The notes under the pieces: model-generated
Databases searched by the model: none
What the model was told of the DNA's origin: nothing
Seen by the model: the letters and a program-made list of their open reading frames with translations, nothing else
Position numbers and translations under genes: made by a program
Shown here: piece by piece, positions 1-10,389 of the stretch
Layout: each line of letters begins with the position of its first letter
Position numbering within the stretch: position 1 is the first letter of the stretch
NCBI GenBank assembly: GCA_040437565.1
Contig: JBDOQK010000004.1
Coordinates: forward strand, 248,001 to 312,000
DNA length: 64,000 nt
Reading direction: 5' to 3'
Source: Albugo candida
Taxonomy: Eukaryota

Positions 1-151
1 GACTAACGCGACACCAACAATATTAAAATCCCTAGCGTCACTATTCGTGTGTTGAAAGAAAATCACCATTTGTAGTTTCTATAGATAATGACGTTTCAAG
101 TATATAAAATCTCTTTAACAGCTACAATACCACTCTGGTACCGTATGGTAA

Positions 152-233
152 TGTCAGCGGTGGGATTTGAACCCACGAGTGCGAACACAGTAGAACTTGA
201 GTCTACCCCCTTAGACCGCTCGGGCACACTGAC
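152..233 (-). tRNA. trnL: tRNA-Leu, anticodon CAA, intronless, long variable arm
   Basis: Reverse complement reads GTCAGTGTGCCCGAGCGGTCTAAGGGGGTAGACTCAAGTTCTACTGTGTTCGCACTCGTGGGTTCAAATCCCACCGCTGACA. It has a 7-bp acceptor stem (GTCAGTG/CGCTGAC), anticodon stem GTAGA/TCTAC with loop CT-CAA-GT, T-arm GTGGG-TTCAAAT-CCCAC and discriminator A. Confidence 0.96.
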
Positions 234-289
234 TGGTGCTCCATGGTTTGGTGCAGTCTCATAAGTTGTTTATAAAAACGGATGAAGTG

Positions 290-3200
290 ATTATCTTGCC
301 ACGTAATCTGTCCGGTGTTGATCTTCTCTTTTTGCCAGCTGCTGCATACCTGCCCAGCAGAATACAACAAACTTTCTACCCTGTCGAAGATAATGGTTTC
401 TCTCGACATCTCAAGCCTTCCTACCGTACTTCACCGGATGCTGACCACCCGTATCCTAACAACTTGTCCGTTACATCACCGGATGTGGGTAACTTGTCTC
501 CTCGTAACTCGTCCATAGCGACCCGTTACCTGTAAAGGATGCGCCCACGTCCTCACCTAGCCCGTCCAACCCTTTACCGGCTGACGTGGTAATTGGCCAA
601 TCAGAGGCCGATATGGAGATTGAGACACCTCTCTCTCCCATTCCGATTCCTGCCAATCAGCCGGTCGCAATGGATTGTCAAGGATTTCATTACACTGTTT
701 ATCTGGTTTTTTAACTACCTTCCTTATCCTATCATGAGTCCTTGACCGTGTGAATATCACTTAAGTCTGACTTCAAACCTAGGGAGGCAGATATTTTCCA
801 AGCTTANNNNNNNNNNNNNNNNNNNNNNNNNNNNNNNNNNNNNNNNNNNNNNNNNNNNNNNNNNNNNNNNNNNNNNNNNNNNNNNNNNNNNNNNNNNNNN
901 NNNNNNTAACTACCTTCCTTATCCTATCATGAGTCCTTGACCGTGTGAATATCACTTAAGTCTGACTTCAAACCTAGGGAGGCAGATATTTTCCAAGCTT
1001 ATTGCTTGGGTGGGCTCAAACCGCTGCCCAAACTGCCGGGAATCGAACCAACGACCTCCGGCAGGGGGTCTGTGCGCTCAAGTACTTAACCGACTGAGCT
1101 GGGTACGGCACCCCAGCCGGTCGCAATGGAGGTGGATGACGCGTTGCCGTTAGCACCTCGGAGATCGGTTGAGCAAGGGAAGAAAACCGGTAATCGGCCA
1201 AGTCTCGCTGATATCCTGAAGGGTCACGAGAAAATCCGCAAGGATAAAGCGGCTTAAGAAGCAACCTGGAAGGTTGAAATGCCCAAGCCTTTAGCGTCGG
1301 ATCTACGCGCAATTGAAAAGCTGTTCGAAGAGGGCCGTCCAAGTTGGGAGGTTTTGTCTGCTCACTTGATTGCAGCCAAACGTTTCGTATTACCGAGCGC
1401 CAAATTGTCGGTTGTATTGGAGACTGGACAAGCGCTGGTTCGAACCCCACCAGCGCACATTTTGCAATCTTTTGTTCGAGATCATGATAATGTGATATTC
1501 GACGAGCTCTTTAAAGCTGGACAAATTGGCCAATTGGCAAAATTACCTTGTGGTAATTTGAGACTACTTGTTACCGAAGAGGAAGTCTGCCAGAGATTGG
1601 CCAATGAAAATGTAAAGATTCTCGGTAGCAGCTACTCCTTCCAAGAATTTGATATTCTCGGTTCCTGATTTTTTTGGATATTTTCGGAATTGTACCGGAA
1701 ATGTCCACTCAAAAACTTGCGTCGGCATTGCATCGTCTTGGTTGCGATGTTCAGTATGAGAATTTTCGCGAAGCAGTGGCTTCCAGAAGACTTTCCATGT
1801 CGACTTGGAGAGTGTACTCTTTTTTCTTGTTTCTTGCGGCACAAGCTGTCCTTAGCAGCTCAATGTTGGCGGCAAAGTGTGTGAGCGAATATGTATCGAG
1901 GGGAGATACTACTTGGCTCGAGGAAAAGCTTCTCCACTCCCGGTCGATCGGTTGAGGATGGGTCAGCGCAGTCCGCACTGCTTACTGCTGCCGGTGAACA
2001 CTCCTCAACAGAATCGGCAACAAAAAACCAAATCGGCTTCATCGGCTGCAAGTCAGCCCGTGAAGTCACAACAAACACAAACACCAGACAGAATCAACGT
2101 AAACATGCCGAAAAGTGTCTGAACAAAGTCCCACAAACAAGCTTCCAGCTCGTAAAGTCTCTTCTGTTCGAAACGTCGCTGATGAAAACGTTTCCGAACT
2201 ACCCAACTCGGATCCATCCCAACAGGTATTCCTTCTGCTGTTCCGGATGTCAACGACAATGAACAAAAACTTGCAGAAAAAGCATCGTCACAGTATACTG
2301 AAGATATGTGGACTCCAGTTCGAACATGCAACAACAAGCGCAATCGCTCGCTCGATTTCAGAGTTTACTAAGCAATGCCCCTCCAAAATCGTTGGACGGT
2401 TTTGCTACAAGCAGTTACTTTAATGTGCTTGGGTCGGTCGAAGTGGATTTCGTGAAAATCGACGTAACAATGAAAGACGAATTTGAAAGAGGTACCAGAT
2501 TGTACCATCCAAACTCGTGGTTAAAAATGATCTGGCTAATTTCAAAGAAGCGTCTCATTTCATGAAGAAAAACCACACCCGGAACGAAAAGGACGATCGT
2601 CCTACTTGAGTGGAAGAGTTGGTGGACTTCCTGATCCAAGATTTGAAAACAGCTCAAACTCCTCCTAGACCGGATACTTTACTGAAAGGGGATGTTCATG
2701 TGGCCAAAGCAAGCAAACATGTTGGATTCACCTCCAACGGAGACAGCATTCTTCAATTTGCCATGGACCATCCGATTGCACTGCATGGAGTGCTAAATCG
2801 TAGCATGAGGTCGAATGACCCATGCTTGGAGCAAGTGATTCGAATACACACCATAAACCGTATACTTGCAGCATCCGAGCCGAACTCGGATACCACGTTC
2901 AACAAAAAATGATCAAAGCAAGTCGGTGCTTCCGTTTCGGCCGTTCGGAAAAATATGCTCGAAACGGTGGACAACTGGTGGACTACATCAGTAGAAGTGG
3001 AAGCATTGACACGAGCACATACTCCCTCTCGTTCTTCGAGCTAATGTTGATGTACATGGCACCAACAATATATCATAGCGACCACTGGATCCAGTACGTT
3101 ACTGGTCAGCCGGTGTTGTGGATTCCAACTCACCACTGTCGTCTGCTTCACACGAATGTGTTGTTGCACAATTTGCGCTCATCGCTGGGTACACTTTGTC

Positions 3201-3364
3201 TCAATGAGTGGTTTGAAGCAAAGTGGGAGAGTCCAATTTTCGATGACTTGGTGCAGTTACAGTCGTCGACCCTTCTTCTTACCGACGAAGCTTTCATACT
3301 AAAGCTGAAGGAGGAAGACGGGGTTAAAAAACTCGTCGTTGAACCCCTGTCAGTTCAATACTAA
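290..3364 (+). pseudogene. LINE ORF1 (long, roughly 850-900 codons), frameshifted and interrupted by a SINE
   Basis: ORF fragments 236-535, 1279-1668, 1674-1955, 1877-2122, 2308-2565, 2610-2912 and 2822-3364 are collinear with homologous fragments in copy 2 (e.g. FxLPSAKxSVVLETGQALVRTPPA; FFELMLxxxAPTxYxSDHWIQYVTG; VVExLSVQY*). Confidence 0.8.
675..1113 (-). mobile_element. tRNA-derived SINE (about 244 bp after collapsing the gap artefact)
   Basis: Perfect 17-bp TSD CAGCCGGTCGCAATGGA at 658-674 and 1114-1130. The minus-strand head has A-box AGCTCAGTCGGTTAAG and B-box GGTTCGATTCC. 712-806 is repeated at 907-1001 across the N gap. Confidence 0.85.
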
Positions 3365-6300
3365 GGGCAGCTCAACGGACATTCTTCCGTAGACAAATAA
3401 AACCATTCTTTTCGTTAATACAAACGGAATCAAAAAGAATGGTCATCTATTGATACAACACACACTATCGAAATACGCTATTTATTGCGTACAAGAAACT
3501 CATTTTCGCGACCGTCACCACCTGAAGTCTTTCTAGTTTCACTTGGCTTCCACATTCCGACATCATCTTTTTGTCAGTAACTCGAATATTCTTCACTCTC
3601 ATCCCGTTCGGGAACGAGTAAACAGGATTATGACAATTATTCGTCACGATTTTCCCGGATCTGATTCTGCACAAGCTCTTACCTCTGTCTCCGTACCCGA
3701 CTGATATTTGGTTGTACATATGGCGATTCTTGGAGCTCCAGTATATATCCATAACGTTTATGCTCCGGTGAATCTAGCGGAACGCAAACATTTTCGATCA
3801 ACTTCCAACGGGATCTTTTGAGCAACATGCGACGCACATAGTTTGTGGAGATTTGGACAAAGCCTTGTGTCCCAGTTTGAATTGATCCAGTGGTGTATAT
3901 AGACACGAGACAAGTCGACGATCATGTTTGGAATGGCTCTACAACTTGGGTGTTCTGGATGCTTTTCGTCAGCATCATCCTGAAGCACGTTTCTTTACTG
4001 GCCCCAAACCAAGAAAAACGACTAGATTACATCCTTTTGTCGGAACCTCTATTCCAGTCTGTTTACAAGGAGTCCAGTTACATTTCACTCCCACATACGG
4101 GTGATCATCTGGCTCATGTTGTAAAGTTCGCAAATCCATCTCAACTCCAAGGTCGTGGTTATTAGAAATGTCCTTTATCATTATTCGACTCTCCAGTAAT
4201 CAAAGAAGCGATCGAGAAGGAGGCGGATCGTATCTTAGCAAAACTTCGTGTTTCTTCTCATCCTGGAACAGACTGGGAGAATTGGAAGAAGCAGACAAAA
4301 AGTTATTACAGCAAGTTCAAAAGAAGATTCGTCGACAGGAAGATTTGGATGTCAACCGCGCTCGTGCTGAGCTGGACGAAGCTGCAGCATCTTTTCAACA
4401 ATAAATCAAGAACAAGAAAAAAAGCTGTACGAAGACGCCCTTCGCTCTTATCATGGCAGGGTCAGGAGCTCGTCCAAGTATAATAAAGCCTCCATGTTCG
4501 ATTACCACTTGAAGAGCGTGGAGAAATCAACCCGACATTTCTTTCGACCAGTGGATTCAACCTCTCATCGTGTACCCTTGGAAGAAGTTCTACTTCCTAA
4601 TTCACAAGTGTCTACGAGCCCTATTGACATCACTCTTCAGTTCACAGATCACTGGGGTGGTATTATGGGAGATCAAAAAAGTTCAGCTGGACTTCCTTTG
4701 CGTCCATGCGCGACACAGCAACACACATTGCTTCACTCGATCACAGAAAAATTTTCCAGCGCTGACGAATCCTTTTTGTCCGCTCCATTAACCAAACTGG
4801 AGATGGAAGAAGCAATAAAAAGTATGCGTGGACACTCGTCACCTGGAATGGATGGATTGCCGGCACCATTCTACCAAATCGCTCCGAGTGTTTTTGGTGA
4901 ATGTTTGCAAATTGTCTTCGAACAACAACTTCGTCGAGGCTCTTTGCTGCGTTCTCAACGTAGTTCAGCAATCACGTTGCTATACAAAGAAGGATCCCGT
5001 GCTGATTCTGGTAACTATCGTCCTATTGCCCTGATATGCGTGGATGTGAAAGTGCTGTTGAAGGTACTTGCGTACCGAATTAAGCAGGTGCTCCCGAAAT
5101 TGATCCACGAGGACCAAAAAGCATTTCTTCGAGGACGTTCCATCCATCATCACATTCGGTATATGAGTGATCTGCAAGATCTAGTCACTCATCGTGATGA
5201 AGAAGCATACGCAACATTTCTCGATTTTGAGAAAGTGTACGATCGAGTGGATTGGTCGTACATGTTTGCAGTTTTATCGGAAATGAAGTGTGGAAATTCG
5301 TTCATCCAGTGAACAAAGCTTCCGTACACCAACACGACTGTATCGTTGTTGCTGAATGGAAAGCTCTCGCCAAAAATCACTCCGTCGAGGGGTGTTAAAC
5401 AGGGTGACCCACTTTCCTCTTTGCTCTTTCTCATGACGATTGAGCCGATGGGGAATTTGTTGCGCAGTAATGAAGGACCAGGAATATGCATCAATCCAAC
5501 GACTACAGCAACGAGTTTGTTTTTTGCGGACGACTCGACATTATTATCGTCTTCGCTCAGCGGAGTGGAGGCGCAGCTCGAGATCGTTCAGAAGTATTGC
5601 GATGGTTCAGGAGCAAAGCTTAACTTGTCAAAGTCCACTTTGCTCCCACTGAATCGACACCACGTAGGTCAACCGTTTGCACATGTGAAAGTAATCTCAC
5701 CGAGCGCGTCGGTGAACTATTTGGGAGTTCCATTCAGTCAATCACCCGTTGGTGATTTGATGATCGAATTCTTAGGAGATCGTTTTTATGGTGGATTCCT
5801 TCAGTGGTTTCGTCGGACCAGAACAGTTCGTGGACGATTACTGTTGGCACAAACTATAGTGTTATCACGTTTATGGCATCTTACATCTCATTTCAACATC
5901 CCGCAACATTTCGTTCGACGCTGGCAATCGATGCTCAATCAATTCGTTTTGAGTCGGAAGTATGAACGCGATTCAACACACGTTCAACTGATCAAGTCGG
6001 ACTTCTTGTACCTACCTCATTCAGAGGGTGGCTTTCAGGTTCCGATTATCTCAGCACAACTGAAGAAACAACGCTTTCAGTTTTTACAACAATTTTCACT
6101 TCATTCCAGTACAGCTTTACCCAGCAACTGGACACTTCCTGGAATGGAGACAACACGCTGCATTTTGCCCAATTTTGGGCCATATCGATCACTCGATATC
6201 CTCACGATATCACCACGTCGGCATAGGACCATGGTGCACTGGAATATAGCGTCGCAATGGTAAAAGCAGACATGTATTTGGTTTCAACAAAGTCATTGGG

Positions 6301-7510
6301 ATCTTACCAACAAAGAACTATCACAACAGGAGCGATTTCTCACGATGTTGGATGCTCCCATATGGTTTCATATAGACCCTCATCTACATTTTGAGAAGAG
6401 ATGACGGTCAACGAGTGTCATTGCTCATCGTCGATGTCTGGGAATGGTACCCGAACCAGCGCGTAGTTTTCGGATGCGCTTTGCTCAAGCGTTTCAATAC
6501 GGTCTCAACGTGACTTGTTTTGTGGAAGGACAGACTGGTTCGTCTCTGATCTCGTATTCATTTTGCGTTTTAGTACAACGGAGGTTGGGAAGCCTTCCGA
6601 TCAGTCTCAATCGAAGTCTTTACGCCGGTTGTACGTCGATGCAACGCAAATCCTGCGACGAGCTCAACCTGATGGCGTATTACGCTGTTCAGTAAGGGAA
6701 CTGGCATACGCTTATCCGGTTCAATTTGGCATTCAACTCTCGGACAAGAAGATTTTCTTTCCGACTGTACCTCGGAATAAACTTTATCAAGTCGTTGGGA
6801 AGGCATTGCTACCGGATAACCACACCCACTGTTGCTTCACGTATCAGAACGTGATCGAAGTGGGACTTCAACATGGGTGAAAGATTTTTACAAGTTATTC
6901 AAACGTCTTCGCAGACTTTTGCTACCGATCTATTCGGATGTTCAGTTCCGACTATCCTTCTGTATCCTACCAGTTCGAGCACGCTTTTGGTTTTTACAAC
7001 AATCACATCCAGAAATCATCCTGTGCACTTAGAAGCATTGTGGTGCGGTCGAAAGCTACCAGCATTTGTTTTTCGATTGCAACAGGACACCTCCAATTTG
7101 GGAAGAGCTATTTCCGTCGTGGACAATCTTTTTTCTGCTCGCCCGCGATGGTCACACATCGCGTGTGCACGGATTCCTGCACTTCGTGATGCGTTGAAGC
7201 CTTTTCGAATGGTGCTGGAGGAGCTTTGGTTCATTAGTACATTAGTCGCGGTCGCGATTCATTTTATTTGGACTGATCGGAATCGCAGACTTTTCGCCCA
7301 CGGCACTTCGACGCCAACTACCCCAGCTGTTCAGTGATTTATGGCACACTGAGTGCCCATATCCGATATCTTCAACGGCAGTGCTATGATACGGAGCAGC
7401 TCGAGCAGTTGACACAAGTATTAGCGTCTTATCAACATACTGGTTCAGCCAGGAGGTATTTCTCTACTCGGCCCAGCCTGCTTCAAGTTCGACACCGGCA
7501 GCGATTCTAA
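3339..7510 (+). pseudogene. LINE ORF2: AP endonuclease, reverse transcriptase and zf-RVT (stops and frameshifts)
   Basis: APE motifs (VNTNG, QETH, VCGDL, RLDYIL, DHLAH). RT motifs (SPGMDGLP, NYRPIAL, FLDFEKVYDRVDW, GVKQGDPLS, FFADD, YLGVP). C-terminal CxxxxC..ESYQHLFFDC. Confidence 0.93.
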
Positions 7511-7673
7511 GTCGGTGATGCGTGGCGTTTTTTACACAGTACTATCTTATTCCAGTCGTTGAACCTAGCTGCGGCTTTCTAGAGCAACATTGCATTCATT
7601 TTGTTTATTTATTGTAGTTTAGGCATTAGAGAAGTCATTTACGTCTAATTCTAGTAATCTAGACAACTTCAGC

Positions 7674-7860
7674 TAATCTGTCCGGTCTTGACACGTTGCG
7701 CGCTGAATGCGCCACATCCTACCTCTGCCGTCGGAACCTGCTCCGTTTGACGTGAATTCGGGTAAAAGAGGCGCTATGGAGATTGACAAACCTCTCTCTC
7801 TGTAGATATTTCCGTCGACCGAACGGGAGAGAGCGCTTAAATACGGAACTACGTTCATTA
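7674..7860 (+). repeat. Short fragment of a LINE ORF1 5' region lying between copy 1 and copy 2
   Basis: 7674-7691 matches 304-321 at 17/18. ATGGAGATTGACAAACCTCTCTCTC (about 7776-7800) matches ATGGAGATTGAGACACCTCTCTCTC (about 613-637). Confidence 0.65.
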
Positions 7861-7880
7861 GGTCCTTAGTTCACCAAACA

Positions 7881-10389
7881 TATCCGCACGTTTCATCTGA
7901 AGTATCCCAACTTCTCAATTTGCCAGCAGCTACGTACCTTGCAAACGTGATACAAAACCAACAACCCAACGTTTCCGAATACTATTCTCTAACAGAATGA
8001 TTTCTATCGACGTTTCGCGTTACCCGTCGTTACGTCGTCCGACGATGTCACACCTCGTGCACCATTCCCAGCGGCAAATGTTTCTTTGGATGCGCTCAAT
8101 AGCCAATCAGAATCCACGGAATCAGAAACGGTCCAATCCGACGTGACCATGACTGCTGAGCCAGCACCTAGTCCACCAAAGGAAATTCCATCCACCCCTA
8201 TGGACATTGATGACGCGGCCGCGTCATCACCTTCTGTATCGGTGGAAAAACCGACTCAAACAGGAAACCGGCCTTCCTTGGCGGATCTCTTGAAGGGTCG
8301 GGAGAAAATCCGCATGGATAAAGCGGTAAAAAAGCAACATGGAAGGTTGAAATGCCTAAGACTTTAGCTGCGAATCTCCCGCTACCGAAAAGCTTTTCGA
8401 AGAAGACCGTCCAAGCTGGGAGGGTTTGTCTGCTTAATTGACTGCATCAAAACCCTTCGCATTACCAAGTGCAAAATTCTCGGTAGTGTTGGAGACTGGG
8501 CAAGCACTGGTTCGAACCCCACCAGCGCTTTTTTTGCAATCGTTTGTTCGGGATCATGTTAACGTGATCGTCAGCGATCTCTTTGACGCTGGAAAATTAG
8601 CCAATTGGGTAATCACCTGATGGTAGTTCGAGACTCCTCGTTACGAGGCAGCCTGCCAGAAATCGGCCATGAAACCGTGACAATTCTCGGAACGAAAACA
8701 CATTCCGGGAGTTTGATATTCTCGATTCAAGATTTTTCATTGACATTTTTGGAATTGGACCCAAAAATCAACCGTTACGACTGCGTCGGCATTGCATCGT
8801 CTTGGTTGCGATGTTCGGTATGAAAACTTCCGTGAAGGAGTGGCTTCCAAACGACTTGCAATGTCGACTTGAAGAGTTGCTTTCCGTGACATAAGCTGTC
8901 CTGCGAAGCTCCTTGTTGGCGGAAATGTGTGTGAGCAGATATGTATCGAGGGGAGATACTATTTGGCTCGCGGAAAAGCTTCTCCGCTCCCTGTTGATCG
9001 GTTAAAGATGGGTCAGCGCGATCCACACTGCTTATTGCTGCCGGTGAAAACTCCTAAACCAACTCAGCACCCCAAAAAGAAACACGCTTAATCGGCCGAA
9101 AGCGATCCCATGAAGCAGAAAACAACAAAGAACAAAAACAAAGTCAACGTCACCACACTGGAAGTGTCACAATCACGACCCGAATTCAAGAACCCTAATT
9201 TTTAGGACACTTCTGTTGGAAACGTTGCTCGGATCCACCTCAGCAGCACATTCTCTCTGCTGTCTAGGATGTCGAAGTCAATGAAACATACTACCGAACA
9301 ATTCGAGTCGAGGTCCACCGAAGACATGTGGACTCCAGTTCGAACTCCAAACAAGCGTGATCGATCTCTCGATCGCTTTTAAAGTTTATTGAGCAATGCT
9401 CCGCCAAATCATTGGAAGGTCTGGCTACGAGCAATTATTTTAATGTGCTTGGCTCCATCGACGTCGACTATATAAGAATCGACGTAACCAACAAGGAAGA
9501 CTTTGGACAGAGGTAGCAGATTTTACCATCCAAACTTGTGGAGTAACGATCTGGCCAATTTTAAAGAAGCGGGTCACTTCATCAAAAAAAAAAGAATCAC
9601 ACCCGGATTGAAAAGGACGATCGGCTGACTCGTGTGGCAGAAGTGGATGACTGCTTATCCAAGATGTGAAAACAGCTCAGTCTTCTCCACGACAGGATAC
9701 GTTATTAAAGAAGGATGTTCATGTTGCGAAAGAACGTAAACATGTTGGATCCACTACCAAAGGCGACAGTATTCTCCAATCTGCAATGGATCATCCGGTT
9801 GCACTGCATGGAGTGCTCAATCGTTGCATGAGGTCCAACGACCCATGCTTGGAACAAGGGGTGCGAATACAGACAATAAAGCGTGTATTGGCAGTGTCCT
9901 AACCAAATTCGGATACTGCGTTCATGATAAAATGGTCGAAGAAAGTCGGTGGGTCCGTTTCGGCTGTTCGAAACATTTATTCTCGACACGGTGGACATCT
10001 GGTGGACTGCGACAGCTGAAGTGGAGGAATTGACACGAGTAACAAACTCGCTCGCGTTCTTTGAGCTGATGTTGACGTGCACGGCACCAACCATGTACTA
10101 CAGCGACCACTGGATCCAGTACGTTACTGGTTAACCAGAGATGTGGCTTCCCGCTCACCACTGTCGTCTGCTTAACACGAGTGTGTTGTTGCACATTTTG
10201 TGTTCACCGCTAGGTACACTTTGCCTCAGCGAGTTGTTTGACGTGAAGTGGGAGAGTCCAATATACGACGACGTGGTACAATTACAGTCATCCAACCGTT
10301 TTCTTACCGACGAAGCTTCCATACTACAACTGAAGCAGGAAGACGGCCTTCACAAACTCGTCGTTGAATCCCTTTCAGTTCAATACTAA
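7881..10389 (+). pseudogene. LINE ORF1, copy 2 (heavily disrupted)
   Basis: Fragments 8086-8367, 8438-8620, 9666-9902, 9949-10134 and 10141-10389 are homologous to copy 1 ORF1. Confidence 0.78.

Larger units (their letters stand above)
290..7673 (+). mobile_element. L1/Tx1-clade non-LTR retrotransposon, copy 1 (near full length, decayed)
   Basis: Long ORF1 followed by ORF2 with APE endonuclease, RT and C-terminal CCHC. The 3' UTR is shared with copy 3. The 5' boundary is approximate, based on similarity to copy 2 (LPAAAYL vs LPAATYL). Confidence 0.92.

Noticed and set aside
712-1001. Direct repeats flanking 100-N gaps (also around 24656, 29156, 34346, 34915, 40110, 50712 and 57864)
   Set aside because: Near-identical sequence on both sides of fixed-size gaps indicates unmerged contig overlaps, not biological tandem repeats.
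1030-1113. Second tRNA gene
   Set aside because: It has A and B boxes but no acceptor or anticodon stem that I could fold. It is the head of the TSD-flanked SINE.
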